Shown: positions 49,666 to 63,800 of the stretch, one piece after another | Layout: every line of letters begins with the position of its first letter | Numbering within the stretch: position 1 is the stretch's first letter | Source: the human T2T-CHM13v2.0 reference genome, Homo sapiens | Direction: 5' to 3' (one strand) | Assembly: GCF_009914755.1 (NCBI RefSeq) | Contig: NC_060948.1 | Length of the DNA: 64,000 nt | Program-made: the position numbers and the translations under genes | The notes under the pieces: generated by a model | Databases searched by the model: none | Seen by the model: the letters and a program-made list of their open reading frames with translations, nothing else | What the model was told of the DNA's origin: nothing

Positions 49666-51870
49666 CTGGCCTCCTCTCTGTTCCGCCTCTAGGGCTGACC
49701 CTCTCTCCATGGGATAGAACTGCAATGGATTGAGCCATAGGCCCTGGCTGATGATCTAGGGGACTGCAGAAGTGGGTCCAGGACAGTTCAGGTGACAGTT
49801 CAAAGCCAATTCCCCAGAGACCAAGGAATGACCAGCTAGGTCCTTTCCCATGATGCCCCACGGCGAACCCCACCTCAGCAATCCTGCCAAAACCCGGGCA
49901 GTCATGTTCAGCCAAACAGCTGAATGAGCTCAGGTAGGAGGTGTACTGCCTGCAGCTGGAGGCTTGACCTTCGTGATCCCAGAACCGCTGGACTGCAGTG
50001 GAATGAGACACCCTGTAGCCTGCAGGGAGAGGAGTCAGGAAGGTTCATGCCAGTCCCACCCTCCCACACACCAGCTCCCCTACCATGCTGGGAGGCATTC
50101 CTTACCGAGGATGCCAACACAGTGCTCCTTCATGATGATTTCACTGTGGAAATAAAGGTTGGGATGAAAGGAAATCATCCTGCCACCGGTAACCGGGATG
50201 GCTGAGTTCCTCCACCTGCCGGATCAAGGAGAAAGAGGATGGATTCAATGGGACCATCTCAACTAGCCGGGCTGAGGTGGCCTACTAGCTGTAGTGAACC
50301 ATGAGTTTCCCCTTCCCAGCTCTCCCACTGAGACAACCCTGGTCCCCAGGGGGACCTCAAACTGACTCAGACACTGGACTCCTCCCACAGACCCAGGCTC
50401 CCCAGCCTGACCTGCAAATCCATCACGTAGCAAAGCAGGACTTCCGCATGCTTTCCGACCCACGCCGACATCTCGTGTGCCAAACAATCTACCTCTGCGC
50501 AAGAACTCTCCAGAGGATTGGGTGGGCAAGCCTCGTGACGCCTTGCAATTTCGCAAGAACACAGACAATGTGGAACAGGGCCATCTCCCAGACATTTGGC
50601 CAGTCACCCTTCATTGTTGGCCCTCTATCTCTGTCTGGCGAGGAGGCAACGCCACAACTGTGGTGGTTTTTGGAGTGGGTGGACCCCGGCCAAGACGGCC
50701 TGGGCTGACCAGAGACGGGAGGCAGAAAAAGTGGGCAGGTGGTTGCAGCTGAGGGACGGGAGGGGCCGGGGGTGGTGTGAGGCGGCTGCTTCTCTGAGTT
50801 TCTGAGATGCAGGAGGCCTTTGTGTGCTGGGTGCTGGACATGCTCCGCTGATGTCCGGGTGTGTGGTGTCCTCTTATCCTAGTCTCCCTGAGGGGTGGGC
50901 CTGTCCACCTGAGGGAAGCCTTGTAGTTAGAAGCCACAGCAGGGTCGTGCCTGGCGCTCTCCAAGGGAATTGCGTGGGTCCAGAGGAAGTTATACAGGCT
51001 CAGGGCCTACACGCCTTTGAGTGCAGCGCCTGCAGTTGGATGAATGCGCATCTGCGGAGCTGGTGCCCGCCGTCAGGTGGTCGGCAGCCCCATGCGCCGC
51101 GAACCCGTCTTAAGCACCTTGCGTTTCTGGGGTGAGCCTGCTGGAAACAGGCACCGAGAGCAGGGGTGGTTCAATGGCTGGTAATGGCATACAGATTCCC
51201 CGTCCTCCAGGGACGTTCCCAGGGAAACGCGTCCTTCGAATTTGGGCTGTGCGCAAAGGGACCTTGGCGCCGCGATTCTCCCTTGTCAGTGCTGGCCCTG
51301 GCTCCCCTTCCCTACCACGTGCTCCCAGGGCTGCTACAAGCGAGCTGCCCTCACAGCTGCGGGAACGTGGCCTCGGCTCCCACGCTGTCCCCCATCCCCT
51401 GCCTCCTGGCTGACCCCACGTGCCTCCCACCTGGCTCCTCCCCGCAAACAGCCCCCATACCCCCCGAGGCCCGATGACTATCCCCTGCTGCCCGCCATCC
51501 CAAATCGGCAGCCGCAAGGATATGGCTCTGGCTCACAAGGCGGAGATGCTCTGTGGCCTGGGGCATTCACGGAGCCCAGCTCCAAGTGAAGGACCTCCAG
51601 CGAGTCCATTGACGGCCCCGGTGTGCTCGGTCCAGGGCCAGGCTGTGCCCGCTGGCCCTCCTTCTGCCACCCCACGTCGGGCTCCACCTCAACCACCACC
51701 TCCACCTCAGCCATGATGTCTTCCACCTTCAGCACCGCCTCCTCTTCCAAGGCCGCCTCCTTGCTCTGTACCCCGGCCGTCCTCTCCAGCATTGCCTCCA
51801 GCCTGAACACGGTTTTCTCCTGGGTGCTCCCACAGACCCTGGGCCTGCGCAGCCCAGCCCAGCCCAGCCC
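49666..51870 (-). pseudogene. FAM197Y: Inverted degenerate TSPY paralog, unit 3
   Basis: Copy of 9126-11330 (+40540). ORFs 51478-52242 and 49469-50011. Confidence 0.85.
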
Positions 51871-51879
51871 ATGCCCCGC

Positions 51880-52865
51880 ACCCGTAGGCTCTGGGGGCCC
51901 GCTCCCCAGCAGACCCGCTCCCTGCAAGACCCACGGGCGTCGCCCTGCTGTGAACCTGGTCCCACACCTACGTGGACCCAGGTTTCCTGAGGAGCTCCGC
52001 TGGACCCGCAGATCCCGCACTGGCCAAAGGGCTCCGGTCCCCAGCAGGCTCAACTGCGCACAGGAGCTCGGGAGCCAGAGGCCCCGGCCCTGGGCTTGCA
52101 GAGCCCCACCAACAGGCACCGCAACCGCTGCTGCGGGTGCGGGAGCCTCTGGGTCGTCAAGGCAGCGCACAACAGCGTGCGTGCAGGCCGACAATGGCCA
52201 ACCCTGGCGGCTGGCCTCTGGTGTGCCCAGGGCATAGGACAAGAGGCCCTTTGGAATGCTCCTTGGAGTACAGCATCCTCAGGGAGGAAGCATGGTACTC
52301 GGAGCCTCTATTTGCCTCGACCTGTGAGAGTGTGTGCCGGGGCTCTGGCCTCTACAGCAGATCAATTCCACCTCAGCACCGGCAGGCGACTTTCCTCCCA
52401 CGTGCCCGCCCCGATCACTTCCCCCAGGACACCCCTGCCGCCCTAGCCCCAGCAACCAGAGAGAGTTCTCTGCATCTGCTGTATTACCTCCGTACCATCT
52501 ACCTGGCCTGCCTAACGAAGAGAGATGTTTCCTGTGTTCATGACACATAGAGATGTTCATGGCTTGCCACACTGAGGATGTCAGGGCACAGGGCTGCCAT
52601 GCCCACAATTCCAAAGGCCACGCAGCCCGCGTGTGCCCGGATGCCTAGCTACCCGGCACAAGCTCCAAGGGCTTCTCGGAGGAGGCTTGGGCAGGGAAGG
52701 CGGGGGGTGGGGGGGCTGGAGATGCAGGCCCGCCAGTGGCTGTGCCGCCCAGGGAGACGCCCACCGCCCTCCCATTGACTGGCCACGACGGGAGGAAGTC
52801 GGCCTGGGTGCGGCCCCCCGGCCCTTCGCGCGCAGTCCCTTAGGGGGCGCCTGGAAGCCCGGCGC
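51880..52865. promoter_or_regulatory. CpG-rich divergent promoter region, unit 3
   Basis: Copy of the unit-1 region. Confidence 0.7.
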
Positions 52866-55446
52866 ATGCGCCCTGAGGGCTCGCTGACCTACCGGGTGCC
52901 AGAGAGGCTGCGGCAGGGTTTCTGTGGCGTGGGTCGGGCAGCACAGGCCTTGGTGTGTGCGAGTGCCAAGGAGGGCACCGCCTTCAGGATGGAGGCTGTA
53001 CAGGAGGGGGCGGCCGGGGTGGAGAGTGAGCAGGCGGCTTTGGGGGAGGAGGCGGTGCTGCTGTTGGATGACATAATGGCGGAGGTGGAGGTGGTGGCGG
53101 AGGTGGAGGTGGTGGCGGAGGAGGAGGGCCTCGTGGAGCGGCGGGAGGAGGCCCAGCGGGCACAGCAGGCTGTGCCTGGCCCTGGGCCCATGACCCCAGA
53201 GTCTGCACTGGAGGAGCTGCTGGCCGTTCAGGTGGAGCTGGAGCCGGTTAATGCCCAAGCCAGGAAGGCCTTTTCTCGGCAGCGGGAAAAGATGGAGCGG
53301 AGGCGCAAGCCCCACCTAGACCGCAGAGGCGCCGTCATCCAGAGCGTCCCTGGCTTCTGGGCCAATGTTGTATCCTTCTCAGTATTTCTTCGGCCTTTCT
53401 AGTGGAGAGGTGCTCTCGGGGAAGTGTAAGTGACCGATGGGCAGCTCGGCGTCGATGTGACTCTTTGGGGAACAAAGGGGAGTTGCCACGGACCAGTGTG
53501 GCTGTGGAAAGCCGGAGCAGGCGTGGGTACTATTGTCCTGCATGCGGCAGAGAAACCCTTGGTGATGCCGAGCAGCAGACGTTTGGGGCATCTTTTTGAA
53601 GAGCAGAAGCGAGTTCAGAGCGGAAGAGGTTTTTCAGTGAATGAAGCTATTTTTAAGGGAGTGTGATTGCTGCCCCTTGCTAGTCCGATCTGGGACTGGG
53701 CGTCTTCGGCTATAAGCAGATTCTGCCACTCCTCAGACACCAGCAAGTCTCTGCAAATCGCGCCTCCCCATGTCAGTGCAGTCAGCCTCAGAATCATACA
53801 CCCTCTGTGAACACAGGAGGCCTTAGTTTACGGGGACGGGGAGGCGAAAGGAGATCATACATGGAAGCAGATCTGAGAAATCCCCTACCCCAGCCTCTGG
53901 GTGCTCTTAGGCCTTCTTCCCTGTTGCTCCTCGCTTTCCCTTCCATCGTGTGTAAAGTCTCTTTGACCTAAATCAGATTGCAAACCACCCCCAGATGTCA
54001 GCCCTGATCACTGACGAAGATGAAGACATGCTGAGCTACATGGTCAGCCTGGAGGTGAGGCCAGGAAGACTGGGGCTAGAGGGTTTAGCGGGGGAGGGTA
54101 AGGGAAATAATTCATTCCTGTAAGCAAGAGTGAGCACCTCACCCGAAAACCTATCTAAGCTTTCTCCACCTTGTCCTGACAGGTGGGAGAAGAGAAGCAT
54201 CCTGTTCATCTCTGCAAGATCATGTTGTTCTTTCGGAGTAACCCCTACTTCCAGAATAAAGTGATTACCAAGGAATATCTGGTGAACATCACAGGTGACA
54301 GGTGGCTCCCAGGATGGGTAGTGGGAGGAAGATGGTGGGTGGATCATTGCCAACGGGATCCAGCCCCCTTCCCACAAAAACTCCTGTCTCTGTAGAATAC
54401 AGGGCTTCTCATTCCACTCCAATTGAGTGGTATCCGGATTATGAAGTGGAGGCCTATCGCCGCAGACACCACAACAGCAGCCTTAACTTCTTCAACTGGT
54501 TCTCTGACCACAACTTCGCAGGATCTAACAAGATTGCTGAGGTGAGTCCTCACTGGGAAACATGAGGAATGACCCCGTGTGTTCCCAGCTGCTTGGGTCA
54601 CCTTTCTGAGCCCTGATGAGGCCTTTCCCGATTGAGTCCCCTGACAGATCCTATGTAAGGACCTGTGGCGCAATCCCCTGCAATACTACAAGAGGATGAA
54701 GCCACCTGAAGAGGGAACAGAGACGTCAGGTGAGCCGTTAGTTGGCACTGGAGCTGTTTGATGCCCAGTATAAGGGGGTTGACACACCTGCCTATTCAGG
54801 GAGCCTGGGTGCTCATTTCAGAAATGTAGAAATTGAGGCTCCTTTCGTACATGTAGAAATTCCTTGAGAGGAAGACAGAGAGTGACAGAATCCAGGACGT
54901 TCATGGCATTGGGCTGAAAAGGCACGTTAGAGACTGCACTGCAAAGCGGGTGATAGCTGTGGAGTCTTAAGCCCAGTGAAGAATCGTCCATTTCCAGAAT
55001 CAATGAGAAGTAAAGCTGAAAATCATTCAGTTCAGTCTGTGGCACTTGATTCCACGGCTGTCAACCCCACCGGCAGTCATCCCACCAACCCCATGAGATT
55101 GGGCTCCCTGAATGTGCGTCCTGGTCATCCTTGCCCCAAACCACAAAGGACTGTTTAGATTGATGGATTTCCTTAAGCTGTTGCCCCATCAGACTTGTGT
55201 GTGCTTTTAGGGCCCAGTGCATCTTGTTAGCTGACTCCCCTCACAGACAATACTGGGAATGGGGCAGGGATTGCGCAGAACAGTTTGTAACACGTGGTAG
55301 GAGGAAGTTTAAGGGATCACAAATGGGGAAGGGATATCCTTTTCTCAGCGGGCCCCACAATTGAAACATTTCAAAGTATGGCTCAGAGAAAATGCGTTTT
55401 AACATGAGTTTGTGTTTCTCTAGGGGACTCCCAGTTGTTGAGTTGA
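52866..55446 (+). CDS. TSPY: TSPY copy 3, 314 aa (AEVEVV duplication, exon-3 E>G). Exons 52866-53369, 53977-54054, 54183-54294, 54396-54541, 54648-54729, 55424-55446
   Basis: Intact frame. Exon 1 reads [19 protein letters not shown] and exon 3 begins VGEEKHP. Confidence 0.97.
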
Positions 55447-55616
55447 ATATGATGGAGCATCAGATTTTACCTAATACAGCAGAACTCCTAAAAAGTTACA
55501 GCCATATGCAGGACGGCAGTACTCAGCATGGTCTTATGCACAGGAACTAAAGGAAAAAGAGATCGAGTCACAAAAATTCAGGAAGAGGGGGTAAATGTGG
55601 ATTGTATGGAATGAAA

Positions 55617-55622
55617 AATAAA
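55617..55622 (+). terminator. TSPY polyadenylation signal (copy 3)
   Basis: AATAAA followed by (TG)n. Confidence 0.85.
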
Positions 55623-58600
55623 CATTCTCAAGGATGTGTGACTCTGTGTCTGTGTGTGTGTGTGTGTCTTTGTGTTTGTGTGTGTGTGTGTCTGTGTGTG
55701 TATGTTTATCCACTTTATTCGGGTGTCATAATGAATTGATCAATCCACGTGCTTTATTCTCTTCATGGAAATAACCAGTCTGCGTTGGAGCTGGGCCTCT
55801 AAAGTTGTAGAGTGAATGGGTGTGGGATGTGTTGGGATTCTTCCTACAGGACAGAGTGGGAGAGGTAAAAGCAAAAGACAGCTTAGTTGGAGGCTGACTT
55901 CGTCCTATGGAAGCAGAGATAGTTCAAGGAAAGGGGTTACTGGGTTTCCAGGGCCCAGTTTGCTGGGACCTCCAAAATCCTTCATTTTGGGTATCATCAT
56001 ACACAGTAGCTAAGCACAGGATGATGGAAATCTTAAAGTTCGCTTTCGTGTTGAATCCACATGTTCTTTTAAAGGTGAATGCATGATCCTTTTCTGGGAC
56101 AATCAGCCTCTCAGGACTTCTGAAACATCAACGTGAGAAGAAATGGGCATGTAAGGTGTATGGAGGGACTGTGGGAAAGGTGACAGAGGCATGTGGGAAG
56201 GCATTCAGGATACGCTTTTGGCAGAGATGACTAAGGGAAAACAGAAACTTACAGAAGTGAGGGGAAAGGGGGTGGATTAGTGGAATATAAGATTGTTGGA
56301 GAATCCATCCATGGACTCTCTTGTCACTTGATGACCCAGGATATGGACACTCTTGTTGATGTTTACATCTTTAGTTGTTTTAAGCTTTTCTCCAAGATTC
56401 TGTGTTAGGTGAGGAGCCAATAACGTATGTAGCTAACAACAGTACGAGTGCATTTTGTGCTCTTGCAAAGTCTAGTGAGGCTCTATTCTCCCTCGTGATT
56501 GGCACTGCAGATTGTATCTGGACCCAGGGCCCCTAAATTTTCTGTGGCCTCTTCAGCATAGTTTGCCTAAGGTTTAGAACGTAAAGCGAATATAGTTGCG
56601 GAATATGTTTTGCAAGCCTCACACAGGAGGACAAAACATACAGCTTTCATTCGCGAGTGGGAGGCTGCTTCCCAGGAACACGTGTGTCTGCACAAGACAA
56701 GGGGTTGCCTCTGTCAAGGATGGGGCAGGAGGATTTCAGTGTCGGAGGCAGAACTTTCTTTCCTGTTCCCAGATGAAACAGTTCCAACACGAGCATCCAT
56801 GTTGACCACACGCTACTAGAGTGCTAACATTGCTGTCCCGTATAGACTCTGGTCAGCACAGCTTCTGTGAGAAGAGCTATGTTGTTTCAGGGAAGAGGGT
56901 TTGACAGTCAAAGTTCCTGAATCTGTTGTGGTGCCTGCAATATGCATTCTACCCCTCCTGCTCGGTGTCAAAGCAGTTGAGCTTTGAAAATCTATCGCCC
57001 GGTTTTGTCCCTGCTCCTATGCAGACCTCTGAAGCTCTGGAGCGGGAGTCTTGTCCTCCTCTGACTACCGTCCCCCTGACCCACAAACACAGGAGAAACA
57101 GGTGTTCTAAGCAAATTATTCTGAAAACAGTCGGAACACTTTGGCCCCCTCAAGCTGCCCTCTATCCTACTGTGTGCATGTCAAAGACACTGTGGTCCAG
57201 TACGGTATCCCTATAGCGGCAATGGGGCAACAGATTGGTGTGTGCACTCTGGGCAACTCAGATTAGGAAACGTCTGGGGACTTGCCTATAACGAGGTCGT
57301 CTTAAAACGTGTTGCCCCAAATTTAAGGCATAGGAAAATGTTGAGGAAAGGGTCTTGCAATGATTTTTCTAGGAGGTAAATAGATAAGAAAATGACCGTA
57401 AATAGATGCCAGGGCTAGTTTTGGAGCTAGCCTTTTTTAAAGTGGTGGTAGGGGAGGAGGTTTTTCCAAGGCAGGTAGCAAACCAGGAACTGTCTACGAT
57501 GGATGGGCGTGCCATGGGTTGGTGGCTCAGCCATATTGCCACCCCACGGAGTCGATGCAGCAGACTGGGCTTCTTGCTTGAATCCTACGTGCAATTCAGT
57601 CTAGTGATTTCACATGAGATCCCTTCTTCTGGTATTATCACAGATCGTGCTGAATTATACAGGCTGTGTAATGCTTCTTCCACTGAATATCCGTGCACGT
57701 GGGCCACAGATGCTAAGGGCACTGACAAATTTGCACCGTGCCTCAGTAACTCGGAAGCACATCTGTGATTTGTACCGACAGGGACTTGGTGTCTTTTCGT
57801 GTTTAAAGTAGCACGTGTGTGTTTGTGGTTGCGTATGTTTATTTCTCTGTGCGGGTTTGTATATTTTCTCTGACTCCACCTATGTCTCCGTGGTTCCGAT
57901 ATTTTTCCACACTCCCTGCGACAATTTGCACATGCCTATCTCTACAACCATTGTAGACTTTGTATCTGTGTCTTTGAACATCTGTCACTCTCTCTCCCTT
58001 CCTTTTTTCTTTTCCTTCCTTTACACCCCTCCTTTCATCCTTCCCTTGCTTCCCCACCACACTCTCTCCATCTGTATCGTCTATGTTTCTATTCTCTATC
58101 TGGGTTTACTTTCTAATTCTGAATTCAAGGGCATTGAATTGAAAAGAAGCACTCTTCGTACTTTTATGTGTTTTAACTCATTTGGGGAATTTGGCGTGGT
58201 ATTATTTACAGGGTTCTCTCTGCCCTTTCTCATTGTTCTCCCCAGCCGGGGCTGTTATTATGTGAAAGCTGGTTTCCTTCATCACATCGCGTAGGCTCTA
58301 ATGATGTTTCGTTTATTTTGATTCTCCTCACACTACATAGTTTTAATTTACCTAATGTGACTGTTTTTTTGTTTGTTTTCCGAGAATGGGTCTTACTCTG
58401 TCTTCTAGGTTGGACAGCAGCCCCACGATCTCAGCCCACTGCAGCCCAGGCACCACACACCCATGTGATCCTGTCAACTCAGACTCTCACACACCTGGCA
58501 GTACAGGTGCATGCCACCCCTCCAAGCTATGTATTAATTAACTAAATACTTACTTTTTGAATGTGGGTCCATGTTGCCCCAGGCTCATCTGGAACTCCTG

Positions 58601-58809
58601 AGTGCAGGCAATCCTCCCACCTCAGCTTATCAAAGTGCTGGGATGACAGGTGTGACCCATGGCCCTGCCATGGCTTTGTGTTTTTTGCTTTTTTCTTCCT
58701 CCTCCTCACGTCTTGTTTTGAAACATGCACTGAAGGTTTCAATTCATGGACTATAGCCTCTGTGCCTGGAATTTCTATCTTTCAACTCATCATCAGCATT
58801 CATTGGGAT

Positions 58810-58857
<48 letters not shown>

Positions 58858-59073
58858 ATATAAGAATACCTATGTACACACATATATACGTATATACATG
58901 TATATACGTATATATGCACATTTATATACGTATATACATGTATATACGTATATATATACATGTACACATATGTATTTATTTCTCAAGTTACGAAACGGCT
59001 TGCATTCTTTCCTGTGTCATGAAAAAGACTTTGCTAGAAAAGAAAAGCACTGCTTTATAATAAAATATTTTAT

Positions 59074-60840
59074 TTGCATTTATTTTGTTAAGGCATTTTA
59101 AAAATTGTATGTTTGTTTAAAAAATGTCATATGAAATGATACATATTTACAACTTAAGGCGTGATGTTCAACAGGTCATATACATTATGCATTGGATACA
59201 TCCAGCCAATCAACATATGTGTGACCTCACATAGTTGTCATTTTTGTTGTGAAAAAACTTGACCTGCACTGTATTCGAATATTTTTAGAGAAAGAATATG
59301 TTACCACTAGTTATAGTGAGCATGCTGAAGAAAATATTTTTAACCTATTCCTCCTTTATAACTAGAAGTATGAGTTCTTCATCCAGCATCTCGTCAGTGC
59401 ACCCTCTTCACCGCAGTCATTGGAGTCACTACTTCTGTGAAGTCCGCTTTTTTGATTTCATATAAGAATGAGATCATGTGCTACTTTCCTTTCTGATACC
59501 TGGCTTATGTCACTTAACAGAATGGCATGCACACATTCAGCAGATTCCCACACATTCTCACAACTGGCAGGATTTCCTGATTTCTTATTGCAGCGCATAT
59601 TTACGTTGCGCATATGCGTTTTTGCCCCATTTTTTAATCCACTTATCAATGGAGGGACTCTCAGGTTGCTTCCGCATTTTGGCTACAGCAAAAATGTAAT
59701 GAGTGCAGCAATAATTGCATGGGTGCGCGCACCGCTTCAACATACTGATCTGTGTACTGGCGGGCGTGCCCGGGTATTCTGATTTGCTGGATCATATAGT
59801 GGGTGGTTCTACTTGTAGATTTCTGAAGGCTGTTTATACTTAAATAAGAGCCATAAAGCTTCTTTAATGCCAGCACTAATTTACATTCTCCCCAAAAGTG
59901 AACAGGGAATTCGTTTTCTCTGCCTCCTCACCAGAGATTAGGGTTTTCTTTTCTTTCTTTTTTTTTTTTTGTTTGTTTGTCTTTCGGATAATATGCATTC
60001 TGACTGAAGTGAGAAGAAATCTCATTGTGTTTTTGATTTGCATTTTCGTGATGGATTGGGGATAATGAGGAATTTTTAGTGTGTCTTCTGGGCAACTGTA
60101 TGTCTCAGTTTCACAAATGAGTCTTCGCAGCCTTCGCCCATTTGTTTTCATGCTATTGAGTTGTTGGGAGTTCCTTATGTACTGTGACTATTCCCCCATG
60201 AACAGATGTATGGTGATCCAATCATTGCTCCCATCCTGTAGGATGCCCCTTCTGTATGTTGAGTTTTCTATGGTGTGGTGAAGCACTTTAGTTTGATATG
60301 ATTCCATTCTCTATTTTTGATGGTGTTTACTGTGTTCTTGCAGTCACTTTGAGACCATCATTGCACACACGGACGCCATGGAGCTTCTTCCTTGTGATCT
60401 CTTCTGCTATTTTTATCGTTTCACATCTGACACTGGAGTTTGGTGATAAATAATCCACTTGTAAAATCCTTTGTGTGGCTATTCAGATTTCCCCAACCTA
60501 GTTTATAGAAGATACTTGATTTTGCATTGGGCGTTCTTGCTTCTTTGGGAAAAGGCTGTGAGCTGCAAATGCAGTGACTTAGTTCTGGGCTCCTGTTGTT
60601 TTTCCTAAGCTCTAGTCTCTGCTTTTCTGCCAGTGCTATTGTATTTCGGTACAAAAAGTTTTGTAGTAGTATATCATGAAGTTAGGTAGTGGGGTGGCTC
60701 CAGCTTTGTGCTTTTTACTGGATTGCTCTGGGTTTTCAGGATCTTCTGCCATTTCATAGCAAATTTGGGATTCCCAGATTGTTTTTCTAAGAAGAATGTG
60801 TCATTGATATTTTTACAGGGGTTGTATAGAATCTGAGGAT
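59074..60840 (-). mobile_element. L1 3' fragment, unit 3
   Basis: Copy of 18480-20245. Confidence 0.88.
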
Positions 60841-60871
60841 GACTCAGGTAGTAGTGATGTCAATGCCGTTT

Positions 60872-63800
60872 AGACAATGTGCGTGTTTGTGTGCACAAGC
60901 TCAGGGCCAAGAGACACTGGGTGTCCTCACCAATACTGAGGTGGGCCTTAATATCCAGCCAGATTGCCTTCTGGAAACACACGGAATGTCCTGTTCTGTT
61001 TTGCCATCTCTTCACATTTCCTCCCCTGTGAGCCCTGTGTGGTCCTCCAGATTCCCTGTGCGGTGGCCTGCCTTTTTTGGGGTGGGGAGTTGCTGGGTGA
61101 ATGAGGATGGCGGAGGGAACCAAGCATGTCAGTGGAGCGTGGTGTCATCCAAACGGTACTTAGCAGGCCTGGGAGAGTCATTCTGGGAGGACGCAGACCT
61201 AGAGAGGCCTCAGGTGGGCATCTGTGTGGAGGGTGAGAGATCCCTGGTTGAGCCCAAACTGAACCCCAGGTAGAAGCAAGCCTCAGGACAGGGAAGTAGC
61301 TAGCAAGGGATGATGAGGGAGCTATCTCTTGACCCTGGCTTCCCACCCATTGACCTTAGCTACTTGTGCCTATTAAGCAGATTACGGTTCCCCCATCGTG
61401 AAATGTGGGTACCACAGTTCCCTGATGGGCATTTCTCCACCAGCCCATGATGGCCTGAGTTTCCTTACTGCAGTCTCCTCCCTGAGCCTTGGCTTCTCTA
61501 TGTGTGTCCTAACTCCAGGACCCACAGGCCTGTCAACCCCCAGCCCTGGGCTGCTTCCCTGGCCTCTTCTCTGTTCCCTCTCTGAGGGCCTAACTCCCTT
61601 GGGTAGTGCTGCAGAATATAGAGCCACAGGCCCTGGCTGATGATCTGGTGGACTGGGCAAATTGGTCGTGACAGGTCAGGTTCTGGTTCAAAGCCAATTC
61701 CTCCGATGCCAAGGAATGTCGAAGAAGGTCCTTTGCCATGATGCCCCATAGCTGCCCCACCTCAGCAATCGTGCCGTAACCTGGGCCCTCACAGTCAGAT
61801 AACCAGCTGAAGAAGCTCAGGCAGTGACCTGCGGGAAACTCGGGCTTTCACCTGCATGACCCTAGAACCACTGGACTGCAGTGGAGCCAGTCGCCCTGTA
61901 TCCTGGAGGGAGACGAGTCAGGAAGGCGCACGCCAGGCCCAGCTCCCGAGGTACTACCCCCTCTACTCCTCAGGGAGGATGCCAACGCAATACTCCTTAG
62001 TCATCACTTTGTTTCCGAAGTAAATGTTGTGATGAAAGGCAAACTTCTTCCTACCCCTTGTATTCAGGGTGGCCGAGTTCCTCCACCTGCCTGTCCAAGA
62101 AGGAGAAACAGGGCTGTGAAGGGGCAATTTCATCTAGGTGGGCTGAGGTGGCATTCTAGCCGGGGTGAAGCATGCGTTTCCCCTTCCCAGCTTTCCCGCT
62201 GAGACACACCTGAGCCCCAGAAGGACCTCAACCTGACCAGGACCTTAGCACCCTCCCCCAGACCCAGGCTTTCCATCCTGACCTGCAAATCCAACATGCA
62301 GCTTTGAAGGACTTTCTCATGGTTTCTGAGCTCCTTGCTCTCACCAGAAAGAATCAGAACTTTTAAAGTGTTCTTTATGCCAACTTAAATTTTTCATTTT
62401 TACTACCTCATGTTTTGGATGAGGCATGTATTTTTAAATTTATTTTCACCCTTATTGTACCTCTATGATAAACTGCTTGCTTACATTCATACCGTAATTA
62501 TCTCTCAGGTTACTTGTCTGTTCCTAAAGATTCACTGAAATGAAGAATTCTATATATGCTTGTATCTTTCAGCAACCGTATGTCAGATAGCACTGCACAT
62601 TACTGCAGACATCGCATATACAGGTCCAAAGGTAGAGGAAGAAGAAGAAAGCAAGCGTTAAGCTCTATACATTCCTAAAAGCATATCAGAAACTCACAAA
62701 TAACAGTGAAATCAAAGAATGATCACAGCCAATTCCATTACATACCTAGACTGAAATACGAAACTTCAAAGAAAAGAAACATTAGAACTTTGGGTTTGTA
62801 AAAATTTTCCTATATAGATAAAATTATTGGTAACTGTGTCTCACTAGAAAACGTAAACAAAAGTCCATGTTTTTCATATTTGTAAATATACATAGTTTTA
62901 TTTCCATCAGTTATGACATGCAAGCAAGTAATAAAGTGAAAGTACAATCAAATGATATATGGAACTTCCTCAGTCTTAAAATATTCCATGGAGACTATCA
63001 ATTTTATGAAAACTATAAAGAATGCTTCATGAAACTACATTGTACAGTGCCATTTACTATTTTACTGATATTTTAAATAATCAACAATTAAAGGGACTAC
63101 ATCAACATTATTTAATACCAATAACGTTATTTTTCTTGAGTAATCCTGTTGAAATTAAGGATTTTAAATAAAACATTAAAAACAAATTATATTGACTGAT
63201 TTCAGCTTTGGATGAAATCATACTTGTGTATTTGTAGTAATGCGAAGCATAACTTTCTCCTCACAATTAATCTTTTATAACATCGGTGTTATAGTTTTCT
63301 CTGACACCAACATTGTGATATCGCACAGGTTTACTGCATGCATGCATTACATGCCTCCAGAGAGTAGGCTTCAAATATATGGAAAAATTATATTTATGAA
63401 AAAATTCTAGGAAAGGGTATGGTGAAATGGAAGAGAATTTCTCACTTGCTAACTGTTGGACATGGATTTGTATATATTTGGATATAGACACATACTGGCA
63501 CACTGTGAGTTTGCCCATGTATATATACACTTAAATGAGAAACCCATAATATATGGGTTGTGTAATCTTTTAATTAATCCATAATTGTATGTGTGTGAAA
63601 TTAGATAAGCGGTTACCTTTTCTTTACTCAATTTGATGGAAAGCCAAAAAACTCTGTCCACCTTCATTTCAATTAATCCAATACTGTTAACTGCTGGTAG
63701 CTTCATTCTCCTTGTTCTCTTACGGCAACCGGAAAGTTAATTCTCGCTCTAATTTGGCTTTCAAGGTGCGATCAACAAGAGTGTCACCTTGCTGTGGATT

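Larger units (their letters stand above)
40565..60871. repeat. TSPY array tandem unit 3 (20307 bp)
   Basis: Near-identical direct copy. Length differences come from microsatellites, an Alu tail and an 18-bp exon-1 duplication. Confidence 0.98.
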
